Positions 51,763 to 64,000 of a stretch of 64,000 nt of DNA are shown one piece after another. A model generated the notes under the pieces. It worked only from the letters and a program-made list of their open reading frames with translations, made no database searches and had not been told where the DNA came from. Numbering within the stretch: the stretch's first letter is position 1; each line of letters opens with the position of its first letter. The DNA is from Octopus sinensis (lineage: Eukaryota): NCBI RefSeq assembly GCF_006345805.1, contig NC_042997.1:170996001-171060000 (forward strand). Reading direction: 5' to 3'. Position numbers and translations under genes: made by a program.

Positions 51763-52017
51763 TATTTGCCATTTAAATATGGGTAACCCCTAAAGGTGGA
51801 TGCTACTGTAGTTTGTAGCCCCAGGAGGACACCTCCTCCAGCTGGCTATAGACACACTTTCTGTGCCCTATCAGTATTTGCAAGGATGGCTTCCCTTTGC
51901 AAATACTGATAGGGCACAGAAAGCATGTCTATAGCCAGCTGGAGGAGGTGTCCTCCTGGGGCTACAAACTACAGTAGCATCCACCTTTAGGGGTTAGCCA
52001 CATTTAAATGGCAAATA
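51763..52017. repeat. 255-bp near-perfect palindrome (fold-back element)
   Basis: Arms of ~120 bp with about four mismatches, loop of ~8 nt, TA at both ends. Confidence 0.95.
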
Positions 52018-52834
52018 AAAAAAATACTGGCAACGTTAATAGGTTGCAAAGCAGAGACATAGATTAAAGCTCCCTAAATTAACTTGCAATGATTAATGAT
52101 AATTATGATAGTAAAACACATGTGCGCTATATAAAATCGGTTACAGTGCAACACAAAGTAATCAAATCCGTATGTTTTGACTTCCTTTTCTTTTTAATGC
52201 ATATTTGTACAGAGATATTTGTCTGAAGACTACACACAGCTGCTGTGTCATTTATGTCATTTTGCACTAGGTCACAAGTACCGCCACCATCCTTTTACAA
52301 CTGTCATTGTGTCAATGTATGCTGACATAACACCACACCTACACACACGCTCAATGTTCTGCAATAGTTAGCCGATATAATACGATTCTTGTTTAATTTC
52401 CTTTATATATATATATATGAAGATCGTTAGCAACTACACGCATTTTTTTCTTTCCATGTTTTTTTCTGTGTATCTTTCTGTCGAAGAGCGTAGGCTCGAA
52501 ACATAAAAGACTTTTTCTATTCCTGAGCGCTATATTAATACATTTGTTTGTTTGTACTCCACCTGCCTTCGTCTTTTGTTTATTTTCGTAAATTTTCTCT
52601 TTATATATATATATATATATATATGTACTCTTTTACTTGTTTCAGTCATTTGACTGTGGCCATGCTGGAGCACCGCCTTTAGTCGAGGAAATCGGCCCCA
52701 GGATTTATTCTTTGTAAGCCTTAGTACTTATTCTATTGGTCCCTTTTCCGGAACCGCTAAGTTGCGGGGATGTAAACATACCAGCATCGGTTGTCAAGCG
52801 ATGTCAGGGGGACAGTACAGACACACACACACAC

Positions 52835-52906
<72 letters not shown>

Positions 52907-53193
52907 GACGGGCTTCTTTCTTACTGTAAATTTGTGAAGATATGAAACGTTAAATAGAAGTATCAAGTATATGATTTAACTTATTAAACAGAGTTCAACA
53001 AGTTTGTTCATACTTATGTAAATGGAGGAGATTAAAATGTTAATATGGATGATAATTTTTTTTTTTATGTAGATATACAAATTGTTTCATACAGAATGAA
53101 TGACAAGAAATTCATATTTAAGAATCCGAGTTGTCATAAAGTACTTGTCGGTAGTCGAAAAAACTTAAAAGACATTAGAAATTTTATAAATAA

Positions 53194-53226
<33 letters not shown>

Positions 53227-53392
53227 ATATATAGAAAATGGTAAAAAGTGAAAAAACTACAGATGGCTTGTTTTAAAAGGTTAAAGAATATATATTTAAG
53301 TCAATATGTCTGAAGAATATTACATATATATTCTTTAACCTTTTAAAACAAGTCTTCTGTAGTTTTTTCACTTTTTACTATTTTCTATATAT
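53227..53392. repeat. AT-rich inverted repeat, 69-bp arms, 28-nt spacer
   Basis: 53227-53295 versus 53324-53392, three mismatches. Confidence 0.9.
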
Positions 53393-54368
53393 TCAACCAC
53401 GTGCTTTCACAAACCAACTTTCTTATCTATCTATATACATACATATATACCCAACCGTTTACTACACATTATTTTACACTTGTTGCACCATTTTTTTTTT
53501 TTTTTTCATTTTTATGACTGGGTCCTAAACTGGAGATTAACCGAAAAAAAAAAAGTTTTCTTATTTTCATTTCAATTACATCACAGTATTAGTCGTAAAG
53601 TGCGACGTCACTTCATCTGTACGGTACATTCTAATTTAATAATGGAGTTACCTATCACAGCATGATTACATACACACACTGCTGACTTTGAGGTTGGCAT
53701 TTGTTCAAAGTAAAACATTTAATGTAAGAAAGCAGAAATAGTAGCGAGAGAGTAATGGCTGATAAATAAATACGTTCTAGCCGTTGACAAAACATAGAAA
53801 CCTGAGGAAGCATGCACACACAACATCGCTATCGTCAGCAGCAAACTTTTGAAGAATAATGTGCTAGAAATAATAGCCAACTTACCCTTGAATCATACTC
53901 TACCAGATAATATAATCAGTGAGTGAAGAAAAAAAAAAAAAAGACGCAATGGAATTATCCCAACGGGAATACTTTTCATTGGAGCTAAACAACAAACATG
54001 TTTTGTTTTGTTGTTGTTGCCAGTTCTGTACATTTACTTCACCTAGGGAGGGGAAATAATATCATTCCCCCTCCATCCCCCGGAGTGTGTGTGTGTGTAT
54101 GTGTCCCTTTAGAGTTCTTACTACCCTCTCAAATACAATACTTATTTATTCACATGATTCTGGATTTTATCTTCTAGCTTTGAGATTTCGATGATGTGAT
54201 TATTTTATTCTTAGAATACCAGATCTGACCAGTTTCAACATAAAACAGGTAAAATATTTGGGCCGGATACGACTAGTTTAAATGCTAAAGTGTTTTTAGT
54301 ACATAGATGAAAATCAGATATTCTCCATGTAGAGAACACTTAGTAGTGCTCAAGAGATTTAAACTTAA

Positions 54369-54647
54369 GGCAGCGAGCTGGCAGAAATGTTAGCGCGCCG
54401 AGCGAAATGCTTAGCAGTATTTCATCTGCCGCTACGTTGTGAGTTCAAATTCCGCCGAGGTCGACTTTGCCTTTCATCCTTTCGGGGTCGATATAATCGA
54501 CTTAATCCGTTTGCCTGTCCTTGTTTGTCCCCTCTGTGTTTAGCTCCTTGTGGGTAGTAAAAAAATAAGTATTTCGTCTGCCGCTACGTTGTGAGTTCAA
54601 ATTCCGCCGAGGTCGACGTGTATAGCCCCTTGTGGACAGTAAAGAAA
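54369..54647 (+). mobile_element. SINE B1 with a partial second unit and an 18-bp TSD
   Basis: Flanked by aagagatttaaacttaag. The host sequence is itself a repeat, also seen at ~19180-19290. Confidence 0.85.
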
Positions 54648-54785
54648 TAAGAGATTTAAACTTAAGCGGGTAGAGAAGTAAATGTAAGGACAACAAGCTA
54701 GCCAGGTCAGTATATAAAGTATGTTAAATACATGAAATACAAAAAAATCTATGTTTTGCAGTTAAGATTTAAAAGCTAGTCTTAC

Positions 54786-54930
54786 GTATGTATACATATG
54801 CGCACGCGCGGACACACATTCTAGTGTTTTCAAACATTCGATTGCGGTCCTTCTAGTACCGTTAACACACCAGACTATTTATCATTTTAGTAAAAACGTG
54901 CGACAGCTGTTTACGTAATATTCACCGAAT
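54786..54930 (-). promoter_or_regulatory. Candidate TSS / non-coding first exon of the minus-strand gene
   Basis: Unique CpG-rich sequence (gcgcacgcgcgg, cgattgcgg, acgtgcgac) ending at a minus-strand donor gtaag (plus strand cttac, 54781-85). A CRE-like gacgtca lies near 53600. Confidence 0.3.
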
Positions 54931-57900
54931 GAAAAATTATACAAGGTATACATACACACTGACAGACAAATATATCCTACAGCTTCAGGCACTAAGTGCG
55001 CAATACAAAACATACCCAGGATAGCTTTAAAATGCATCTCAAAACATCACCTTTTTCCTTTTGTTAAAAGTATTAGTATATTAAACGAATTGGTTTACCA
55101 AACATCCAATGTACATTCATTCATTCGACTTCATATCAATATTTATAGTTTGTACTATGACTCCGTCATAAAATGTTTATTACCTTTATCCAAGAAATTT
55201 AGTATGTAATAAAAAAAAAAACTCTCATCTTATGCGATTGAGTGCTAATATATTTACTGCGTAATGTTAATTTCTTAGGATATTAATATTTCCAAATTTA
55301 TGCACATGGCCAGCAATTCTGAAGGTGGGTAAGTCATATCAAAGACAAGCATTCTTCATTGGCGCTTATTTCGTTGGCATAGAAAAAAAAAATGAAAGGC
55401 AAAGCTGACCTGAGTAAGATCTGAACTCAGACCCACGCATTAATATAGAAGGTTTGCTTCTTTGGACCAATTTTTCAACCTGTCATTTTGGAGCTAAGGA
55501 GCAACCAAATTCATCAAGAACATAGTAGAAGCATAGAGGTAAATTCTACTATTTGAATTCCACAAGAATATACAGTTAGACCTAGATAATCCAAACAAGA
55601 TAGGTGTAAGAATATTCTGTTTGGTTTAACACCCAATTTTTCATGTTTGCATGGAGGTTATTGAGGCAGATTTTCAATGACCAGAAGTTATCTCTGTCAC
55701 CAAACCTTTACCTGTTTCCAAGTAATGTTTTCCCATAGCCAGACATTGGTATTGCAGAATACGGGATATGAATGAATGACGTTAATTTACAACTATCACA
55801 TGATGCCAAGACGAGGAGACACAAACAAACAAACATGCGTACTTTTGGTGATTCGCTGTGCTTGAGAAGACGCCGTCAAGCTGACACGTACAAGGCACTC
55901 GGTGCTGGTGACACAAAAATCACCTGGTACACAAAACAGACTGGAGTCTGGTGTAGCTCTCCAGCTTACTAGTTCCAATCAAACCGTCTAACCCATGACA
56001 GCATCGAAAACGGATGTTAAATGACGCTGATGATAATACACACACATACATACTTGCTTCAGTTTCTGTACTCACAAGGTATTAGTAGGCCTGCCCGGGG
56101 CTATTGTAGAAGATACTGCCTAAGGTGTCATGCAGTGAAACTGAACATAAAACCATGTGATTAGGAAGCAAATTTCTTAGCTACACAGCCAAGCCTGCGC
56201 CTATAAAAATACTCAACTTGAACATAATAATATAAAAACAAGAATTAGTTTGTTTTTTGTTTTTTTGTGATTCAATCGATAAAATGTACTTTTATACACT
56301 CTTTGATGCCTTTTCGTTAAGGTTCCAGATACTGTAAAAACTGCCTTTCTGTTCAATTGTCAGTGATTGCTTTCTCTTCACAAACGGCAACAAAACTCGA
56401 TTACTTGTAACAGATAAACATTCATAGCAAAATTTGTAGAGTGAAACAGACACGCACCATTGATTTTGCTATGCTTATAAATTCTTTTCCATATCTGTCA
56501 TTTTTAAGAGTAAAATTATCTTTTTTTTTTTTTTTTTTTTCCAGTGACCGACTCAGATCAAACTGAAAAAGATTTTGCATCCATAATTTTGTTTTCTTTA
56601 CTAAGTTAGACAATTAAAAAAAAATTAAAACATGGTAATTTAACTATCCTCTCGCAAATCACAGCCCACTCCTATGAAAAATACTAACGTAACTGATACG
56701 CAATACTTTTTGATAACTGTAAACAAGATGTTATGTGCGAGTGTTTACGATGTAATAGTTTTTAGAATACAAATTAACATTTAATTGTTGCAAATAAAAG
56801 CCGAAATTAGATTACCAGTTGAGCAATGGAGTCGTGTAATCGACTTTAGATCCTCTCCCGAAATTGCAGACTTTGTGCCAAAATTTGAAACCGATAATTT
56901 TCTAAATTTAATTAACACAAGGCTAGAGAAGGTGAAACCGACTCAATTGTAGTTCATTTTGTTTTGTTATGTTTCTGTTTAGACGTTACACATACATGTA
57001 TCCGGTCTTTGCACCGTCCCTAATTGTTTTCAGATCTTTTGTAGCAAATGAAGAAATTATTAAGGCGGGGAGCTGGCAGAATCGATAGCACGTCGGGCAA
57101 GATGCTTAGCAACAACATTTCGTCCGTTTTTACGTTCAGTTCAAATTCCGTCGAGGTCGACTTTGCCTTTCATCCTTTCGGGATCGATGAAATAAGTACC
57201 AGTCATGCACGGAGATCGATGTAATCGATTAGTCCCCCGCCTCCACCCAAATTTCAAGCTTTATGCCTATAGTAGAAAGGATTATTAAAGCTAAGATATA
57301 AACGAAGTCAAAATTGAGAACTTTCATTTATAGTACTCAATAAAATTGCTAGCGAAGAAGAGAACTATAAAGAAATTATTTAATATGAAACAAATTTCAT
57401 AAACCGAACTGACTATAGCTTATGAATTTTACAGACTTATAAACCTTATATTTAGAGAATAAATATATTTACACTATGTCTGTTCTCCGATAGTCACCAG
57501 GTGACATAGGCTGGAAATTTCATTTCTTAAGTAGAAATATCATCAAATGGCTTAGAAATAAAGATTCTTTGGTTCGAATCTAGTTTGGGACCATACTATT
57601 TCACTCGTTTCAGCCATGCTGGAGCACCACCATGTACATATTTCAGGAATAAAAAAACTCGATGAAGATCGGGGCTGACGATAATGAAACATAATGTAAA
57701 TATACATACTCTAAGGTTAATAATGCAGAAAATTATAATCGGGATGAAAACGACTCCAGACATTTAGACATTTAATCCAACTTAATAGAAACCATACGGC
57801 ACAATGCACTACTTACCAAAGTACTTGGTCTATCTCTATTGTTGTTAACCTGTACCGGTTTTACAGACAAGATAATTGAAGAAAACGAACAAAGATTAAA

Positions 57901-58746
57901 TTATAAACATTCATATTATTATAGAAGTACAATAATGAATGCTTAACACTGGTATATGTATAAAAGTAGAATCTAATGCTATTCTTATGTATCTGGTCGT
58001 AGATAGGAAGATGGCTAGCAAAAGATCCAGCTTTCTGTAGATCTATCTAATATATAAAAAAAGAGCCGATAACTTCTATAATCAATGGCCAAAAAATGTG
58101 TGTGTATATGTATATATATATATATATATATAATATATATATATATATAAAGAAAGTGAAACGAATCAAGTTACCTTTACCAATTAATGTATGCGCGTGT
58201 TCTCTTAAAAGTGCGTATCTGTGTTACATTCAATGTAGACGGTCTATAAGACATAAAACATATAGCTAAATAAAGCGATCTGTCAAAACAGGTAATCTGA
58301 TAATATTTTGTAGCTATCATTACCTTCAACATTTGTAATGATAAAATATAATCTAGTCATGCGGGTTTAAAAACAAGTTCAGAAATTTCTTTCCTATTTT
58401 CTCGCTCGTTCATTCATTCATTCTCTTGCTAGCATGAAGTTACTTTGGTAATGAATGACATCTGGTTATCATCAAATTGGTTGGCCAAAACCACATTTTT
58501 TCTTTTTTTTTTTCTTCTGAAGAACAGCGGTTTATATTTGAATGTAATTCCAAATAGATATAGTCAAAGTATATTTTAAAATGTAGTGACACATAGCTTA
58601 GTGGTTAGGAGTGTTGCACTCATAGTCATAAGACTGTAGTTTCGATTCCTGGACCGGGCCGTTGTTCAGTCCGCTCAAGATGAATAATCCTGCGATAAAC
58701 CGGCATCCAGAAGGGAAATATATATGCCACAGACTCCAGCCTTATA

Positions 58747-59023
58747 TACGTGGTCAGATCAATAAGTATCCGAACTGTTACCATAGTAACGAAACTAAAT
58801 AACACAGAGTGAAACCGCTTGACACAGGCTGACCTTGAACTCTGCTGTGCATGCGCACTAAGTTTTAACGTTCTAGCTCACTTCCGCTGTTTACAGCAGT
58901 GCTTAAAAGGAACGTGTGTAGCGTCTTATCGTCGCAATGACCATGAGAGAGACAGCTGAGCAGAGAATCTTCATCAAATTTTGCCAAAATCTTGGCGATA
59001 CCGGCTCAGAGGCCTATGCAAAG
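58747..59023 (+). mobile_element. Mariner 5' end (TIR-like start, beginning of transposase)
   Basis: ta|tacgtggtcagatcaataagtatccgaact resembles a mariner TIR. Encodes MRETAEQRIFIKFCQNLGDTGSEAYAK (mariner N-terminal EQR..IKF pattern). Confidence 0.7.
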
Positions 59024-59031
59024 TTTTTATC

Positions 59032-59442
59032 GGATCTTTTCGGTTTGAACGGCAGTTTTTTTCTAACGGTGTCATATGAAATTGTCACCCATAATTATGA
59101 CCCTAGTATCGATCTATTGCATTTCAATCTGTTTTAGGGTTAGGGGTGGGGGAAAGGGTATCTTTTTCCTTCAGAAATGTAAATAAACCCAATCTGTTTC
59201 TTAAACGAGGGACATATTCATACGGCACAGAATGTTTTCACCTCAATAGACGTCCTTGATTGGTTGAAATTGCAGGAATTGAAGAAAAAAAACAACAAAT
59301 ATCTTACAAACTATAGCATTTTCTCAATAAAGCCAAGAGAAAAAGATGTTTTATAAACACATTCTACCAGTATACGAAGTTTAAAAGTGTTTAGTTACGT
59401 GGAAATTATTTTAAAAAACTGCCGTTCAAACCGAAAGGATCC
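59032..59442. mobile_element. Merlin-like MITE, copy 3, with 8-bp TSD
   Basis: Same TIRs, flanked by tttttatc at 59024-31 and 59443-50. GG termini with an 8-bp TSD fit the Merlin/IS1016 superfamily; hAT is the alternative. Confidence 0.9.
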
Positions 59443-59450
59443 TTTTTATC

Positions 59451-60231
59451 ATTCTCGACACAATCAAGATCTTGTGCAACTTAAAGCTGAGTGTCTTTTT
59501 GATCAGCTGAAAGCAGTTTTGACACAAACTTGGCAGATACGCGGCTCGTACCCAAATCTTCAGGGATAATGGACTGAACTGAACCGTAACTAATCTGCAC
59601 ATCCTCTGAAAACTTCCGGATACTGATTCGACGATTTCCCCTCACAGCTGCACGCACATTGATGTTTTACTCAGTTCTGCTGGTTGCGGGTTTCCCCAGA
59701 ATGTTCATCACAATCGACATTTTTTTCGGCCATCTTGGAAACGTCTGAACCACTCGTAAACTTGTGTGTGGCTCATACAATCCTCTCCATACACTTTCTG
59801 CAACTTTGCGCAGGTGTCACCATGACAACTTTTTCTATCATGGCCAATGCGATGATCACACGCTACACACGTCCGTCCAAGTACTGCTGAAAACAGCGGA
59901 AGCTAGCCAGAAAGTTAAAACTTGGTTATTTCTTTACTACCCACAAGGGGCTAAACACAGAGGGGACAAACAAGGACAGACAAACGGATTAAGTCGATTA
60001 CATCGACCCCAGTGCGTAACTGGTACTTAATTTATCGACCCAGAAAGGATGAAAGGTAAAGTCGACGTCGGCGGAATTTGAACTCAGAACGTAATGCCAG
60101 ACGAAATACGGCTACGCATTTCGCCCGGTGTGATAACGTTTCTGCCAGCTCGCCGCCTTAAAGAAAGTCAAAACATAGTGCGCATGCACAGCAGAGTTCG
60201 GGGTCAACCTTTGTCAAGTGGCTTCACTCTG
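59451..60231 (-). pseudogene. Decayed mariner transposase 5' half, inverted relative to 58747-59023 and interrupted by a SINE
   Basis: Translates, with frameshifts and stops, to KLQKVYGEDCMSHTQVYEWFRRFQDGRK...RGNRRISIRKFSEDVQISYGSVQSIIPEDLGTSRVSAKFVSKLLSADQK, i.e. mariner HTH region plus WVPxxL-type linker. Its 5' leader matches 58803-58935 in reverse complement. Confidence 0.85.
59922..60161 (-). mobile_element. SINE B1 inserted in the mariner fossil
   Basis: TSD agaaagttaaaac (59909-21) / agaaagtcaaaac (60162-74). Confidence 0.85.
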
Positions 60232-62284
60232 CATGCTTTAGAGAGGGAGAAACTCAATGATAATAATTAAGAGAACAAAATTGTTAGCCAAAAGGAAGTG
60301 ACCATATTTCTTCGTAAAAGCTCTTGTTATTGTTTAGCTCCAGATTCCAATCGTGACCAATCCGTCTTCGTTATATATCTAGTATGACCGTTTTTAGTGT
60401 ATCCTTTCATTTCTTCCAAAGGGACTTTGGCTACTATTTCTAGTGTTTCGACTACACACTGAAACTCCTTCGCTGGCGTGTTTGGTAATACGTAATATTG
60501 TTTTCGTTAAATAAATCGACTTCAGTTACATTTCTTTTTAAACCAAGCCAACACCAGTTACCATGTGAAGTGGGATGGGGGACATAGATACTAACATGCA
60601 CTACACACACACGTATTAATGACTAAAGTGTGTGTATGTATCATATACACTTAAATAATAAACTTTTGAAACGTTTTACAGTTCTAGTGATGGCTTGGAT
60701 CTGTAGTCTTCGAATCAGCATGCATGCATGTATGTATGTATGTAGTGTACTCACACGGCTACAAAGCTACAAGAGGAAGATAATTGCTTACGGTGCCACG
60801 CAGTGAGACTGAACCCCAAACCATGGGGTTGAGAAATAAACTTCTTACCCTGGAGCCATGCCTGCGCTTTATGGTGAGTGATATTTTATGAACAAAAAAG
60901 TTAGAGCTAATGTAAATTAACATTAAAAAACTGTAAAATATCAATGAAAAAGATAAAGATTTTGAAATATTGAATGTTGAAACGGAAACTTATGACTGTT
61001 GTTTATAAATTTCGTATTTTATGTTTTGCAGTCATAAAACCCATTAACCAATAGAGACAGAGAGAAAATTAAAAGAAAAAAGTATTTTTTAATGAAACCA
61101 AATAAGAAAAACGATTTAGACAGTGAAGTGTTGTCGATGTAGCATATGTTAATTTATTATCACATGTGAACAGCTAAGAAAGAATGGAAAGGCTACTTAA
61201 ATTAAAACTGAATGTCTGTAGTATATAGATTATATAGATAAAATATATTGTATGTGCACACACACATATATATATATCACAAACATATATATATATACAC
61301 ACACATAATTGTTGCGAATTTTATTGATAACAAAGTAATAAGCTGGATGTTGATGCTAGGAGGATAGACATATTTTAGTTGGAGATAAGAGCTATGTGGA
61401 GCCTAAGGAAAAACTCAACATCAGTCATGGGCAAACTGCAACCCGCAGGATTTTCAGAATAGCATGCCTAATGAAAAATGACCAAGAATGTTTTTTATAG
61501 AAGCGCGGGCCGCCTCATGATAAACCATGTCTCATGCGGCCCGCTTCTCGTAAAAGGGTTGCTATTAGCTGTTCTACAGATTTACACGGACGTGTAACAA
61601 ATAACAGGATGATATACAAAGTATAAATAACCCAGCCGTCAAAAAAAAAATACATTAGGAAATGTAGTCTTAGATATACAAGACGATGATTTATTTTCAA
61701 CCTTGGCTTAAACAACTTCGATATACGTCTCTGTACAGCCAAAATATTTATGCCATCATACCAACTTCATAAACATATTTAAGGCATGCATCCCCTCATC
61801 TAATTTCGCGCTACTTTCAGCTGTTGTTTTTCATGCCATACATTGCCAATTTATTCCAAACCTCTCTAGAATGCTAACGATTCAAATTCTCCAGACTATT
61901 AACTCTATCTTTTGTGTTTTACGACTATATTTGATTGTTTAAATCTCCGGTATACACACAAGCAAGATGCACACGCAATCATCATCGTTTAAACATCTAT
62001 TTTCTCATGCTTGCATGGGTCAGACGAAAGTATGCTGGGACAAAGTTTTCTCGCCAACTCCACTTGTTTCCAGGCGAAGCAATAATCTCTCAGTCTATTG
62101 AACAACAAACGGCCTTAGATTTGTTTATAAGGAAAAAATGACAACGTATTTCTTTACGAAATCGTGCAACATGTAAAACAAAAAAAGTCTGGACATGCAT
62201 TTGAGGTGGATTGCAAGCAAGCGATGACGTCAACACGCCAGTGTTTACAACCAGTGCATACACGTGAAGATGAGGGAAATACTC

Positions 62285-62687
62285 GGATCTTTTCGGTTGA
62301 CCGGCAGTTTTTTCTAACGGTGTCATATGAAATTGTCACCCATAATTATGACCCTAGTATCGATCTATTGCATTTCAATCTGTTTTAGAGTTAGGGTAGG
62401 GGGAAGGGTATCTTTTTTTCTTCAGAAATATAAATAAACCCAATCTCTGTTTCTTAAACGAAGGACATATTCATACGACACAGAATGTTTTCACCTCAAT
62501 AGACGTCCTTGATTGGTTGAAATTGCAGAAAAAACAACAACAAATATCTTACAAACTATAGAATTTTCTCAATAAAGCCAAGAGAAAAAGATGTTTTATA
62601 AACACATTCTACCAGTATACGAAGTTTAAAAGTATTTAGTTACGTGGAAATTATTTTAAAAAACTGCCGGTCAAACCGAAAAGATCC
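62285..62687. mobile_element. Merlin-like MITE, copy 4, with 8-bp TSD
   Basis: Same TIRs, flanked by aaatactc at 62277-84 and 62688-95. Confidence 0.9.
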
Positions 62688-64000
62688 AAATACTCCCACA
62701 TACATATATATTCATATATGGTGGGCTTCTTTCAATTTCGCTTACCGAATTTACTCACAAAGATTTTGGGCGGCCCAGGACTATAACAGAAGATCCTTGC
62801 CCACGGTGCCATACAGTGGGACTGAATCCCAAACCACAGTTGTAAAGCAAATTCTTCACCAAATAGCCATACCTGTGTCCATTCTGAGTTTAAATCTTAC
62901 CATAGTTGTCAACACACAGACACACACACAAACACTCAAAATAGGAATTAAGGTAACTATACAAAAGACACTAAATTGTTAAGTATAAAATTTAAATGAC
63001 TTGTGTATTCCTTTAATTGACACTACTACTGATAATTTCGCCCTTCTATTTGTATAATGTCCTTTAATTCACCTTCATTTGACGATTGAGTAAAGAATGG
63101 CCATTAGCTGTCAAATTTGTGTTATAATTCTGCCTGTATACTTGCTTCAGCACATGCATTGAAAAGGCTATGCGTATATATCTTTGTCTTCATCTGAACT
63201 GTATGACATATGTACATGTATCTGTCTTATTACTTTAAATAATTAATGCGTGTGTGTGTGTGTGTGTGAGCCCAAGTCTATGCCAGCTTGAAAAATGGAC
63301 ATAAAACGATGATAATAAAGGTGTGTCAACTGTAGCCTATGAACTTTAAATTGTTGAACATTTATAAATGAAGGAAGGTCACTGTAAGTTAATTACCTAT
63401 TTTTCTGAAGTGCTCAATGAGTAGTGGACAGAATAGAAAAACATAAACTAAACTAAACTTAAAAAAAAAAAAAAGAGAAAAAAAATTAATATAAAAAGCA
63501 ATATAAAAAGAAATGTATATATCCATAGGAAATTTTCTGCTTCTGCCACTATGCTTTATACATTGTTTCCTTCTACTTACATATTGATTTATTAATGGAA
63601 TGTTATTGAATTAATTATATGCTGAATACTATTTAAGAGAAAATATATGATGGTGAATGAGGTTGAAATTAGATTAAATAAATATGAAAATGAAAGTGAG
63701 TATATTTATATACTTATGTCACTGCGGTCTGCATATTTGAAAGGTTTTCCTTTTTTTTTTTTTTTTTGCAACCCTTGCTTGTGAGAATATGACCAAATTG
63801 TGTTGCAGTTCCATAATAGGATGTGATTTTGCCAAGGAACAAAGATGACAAGATACATTTGGTTACATGTACGTAGGTACTTTATCCAAGTGTCCACTCA
63901 ATGGTAAGCAGTATGTTATTTTTTAAGAACCATATATTTACTGCAGGTTTCAAATCTATTCTTCTTTGGAATATTCTTGATATATAGTTGTTATGTTGAT

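Noticed and set aside
57817-57849. 33-nt minus-strand exon-like segment with a gtaagt donor
   Set aside because: It could be an upstream UTR exon, but the acceptor is weak and nothing else supports it.
58937-59137. 66-aa ORF
   Set aside because: It is a chimera: the first ~29 codons are mariner transposase and the rest is read-through into the MITE. The same MITE frame explains the ORFs at 5980-6162 and 62164-62388.

Overview
AT-rich, repeat-dense eukaryotic genomic DNA with no prokaryotic features and no CRISPR array. From recall of the repeat families, it most resembles an Octopus (coleoid cephalopod) genome; this is an inference and was not database-checked. Almost all ORFs in the track are artefacts of SINEs or microsatellites. 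The main genic signal is an unidentified intron-rich gene on the minus strand. It has a well-supported first coding exon (ATG 45983, Ser/Thr/Gly-rich N-terminus, acceptor at 46047, donor at 45739), a coiled-coil-like exon near 20.3 kb, several smaller candidate exons, and a possible CpG-rich 5' end near 53.5-55 kb. The rest is mobile DNA: three or four tRNA-derived SINE families, RTE-tailed elements, 3' ends of an RTE LINE and an L1/Tx1-like LINE, a GG-ended MITE with 8-bp TSDs (Merlin-like, 4 copies), hAT-, Tigger-, mariner- and piggyBac-type MITEs, a non-autonomous Helitron-like element, a decayed mariner transposase, and Penelope-like termini with minimal hammerhead-like motifs. The most unusual structures are a MITE-punctuated tandem triplication (5674-7282), three long near-perfect palindromes (40474-40739, 51763-52017, 53227-53392), head-to-tail SINE concatemers with a recurrent junction, and a SINE tail resembling the Tx1/L1-like LINE end.
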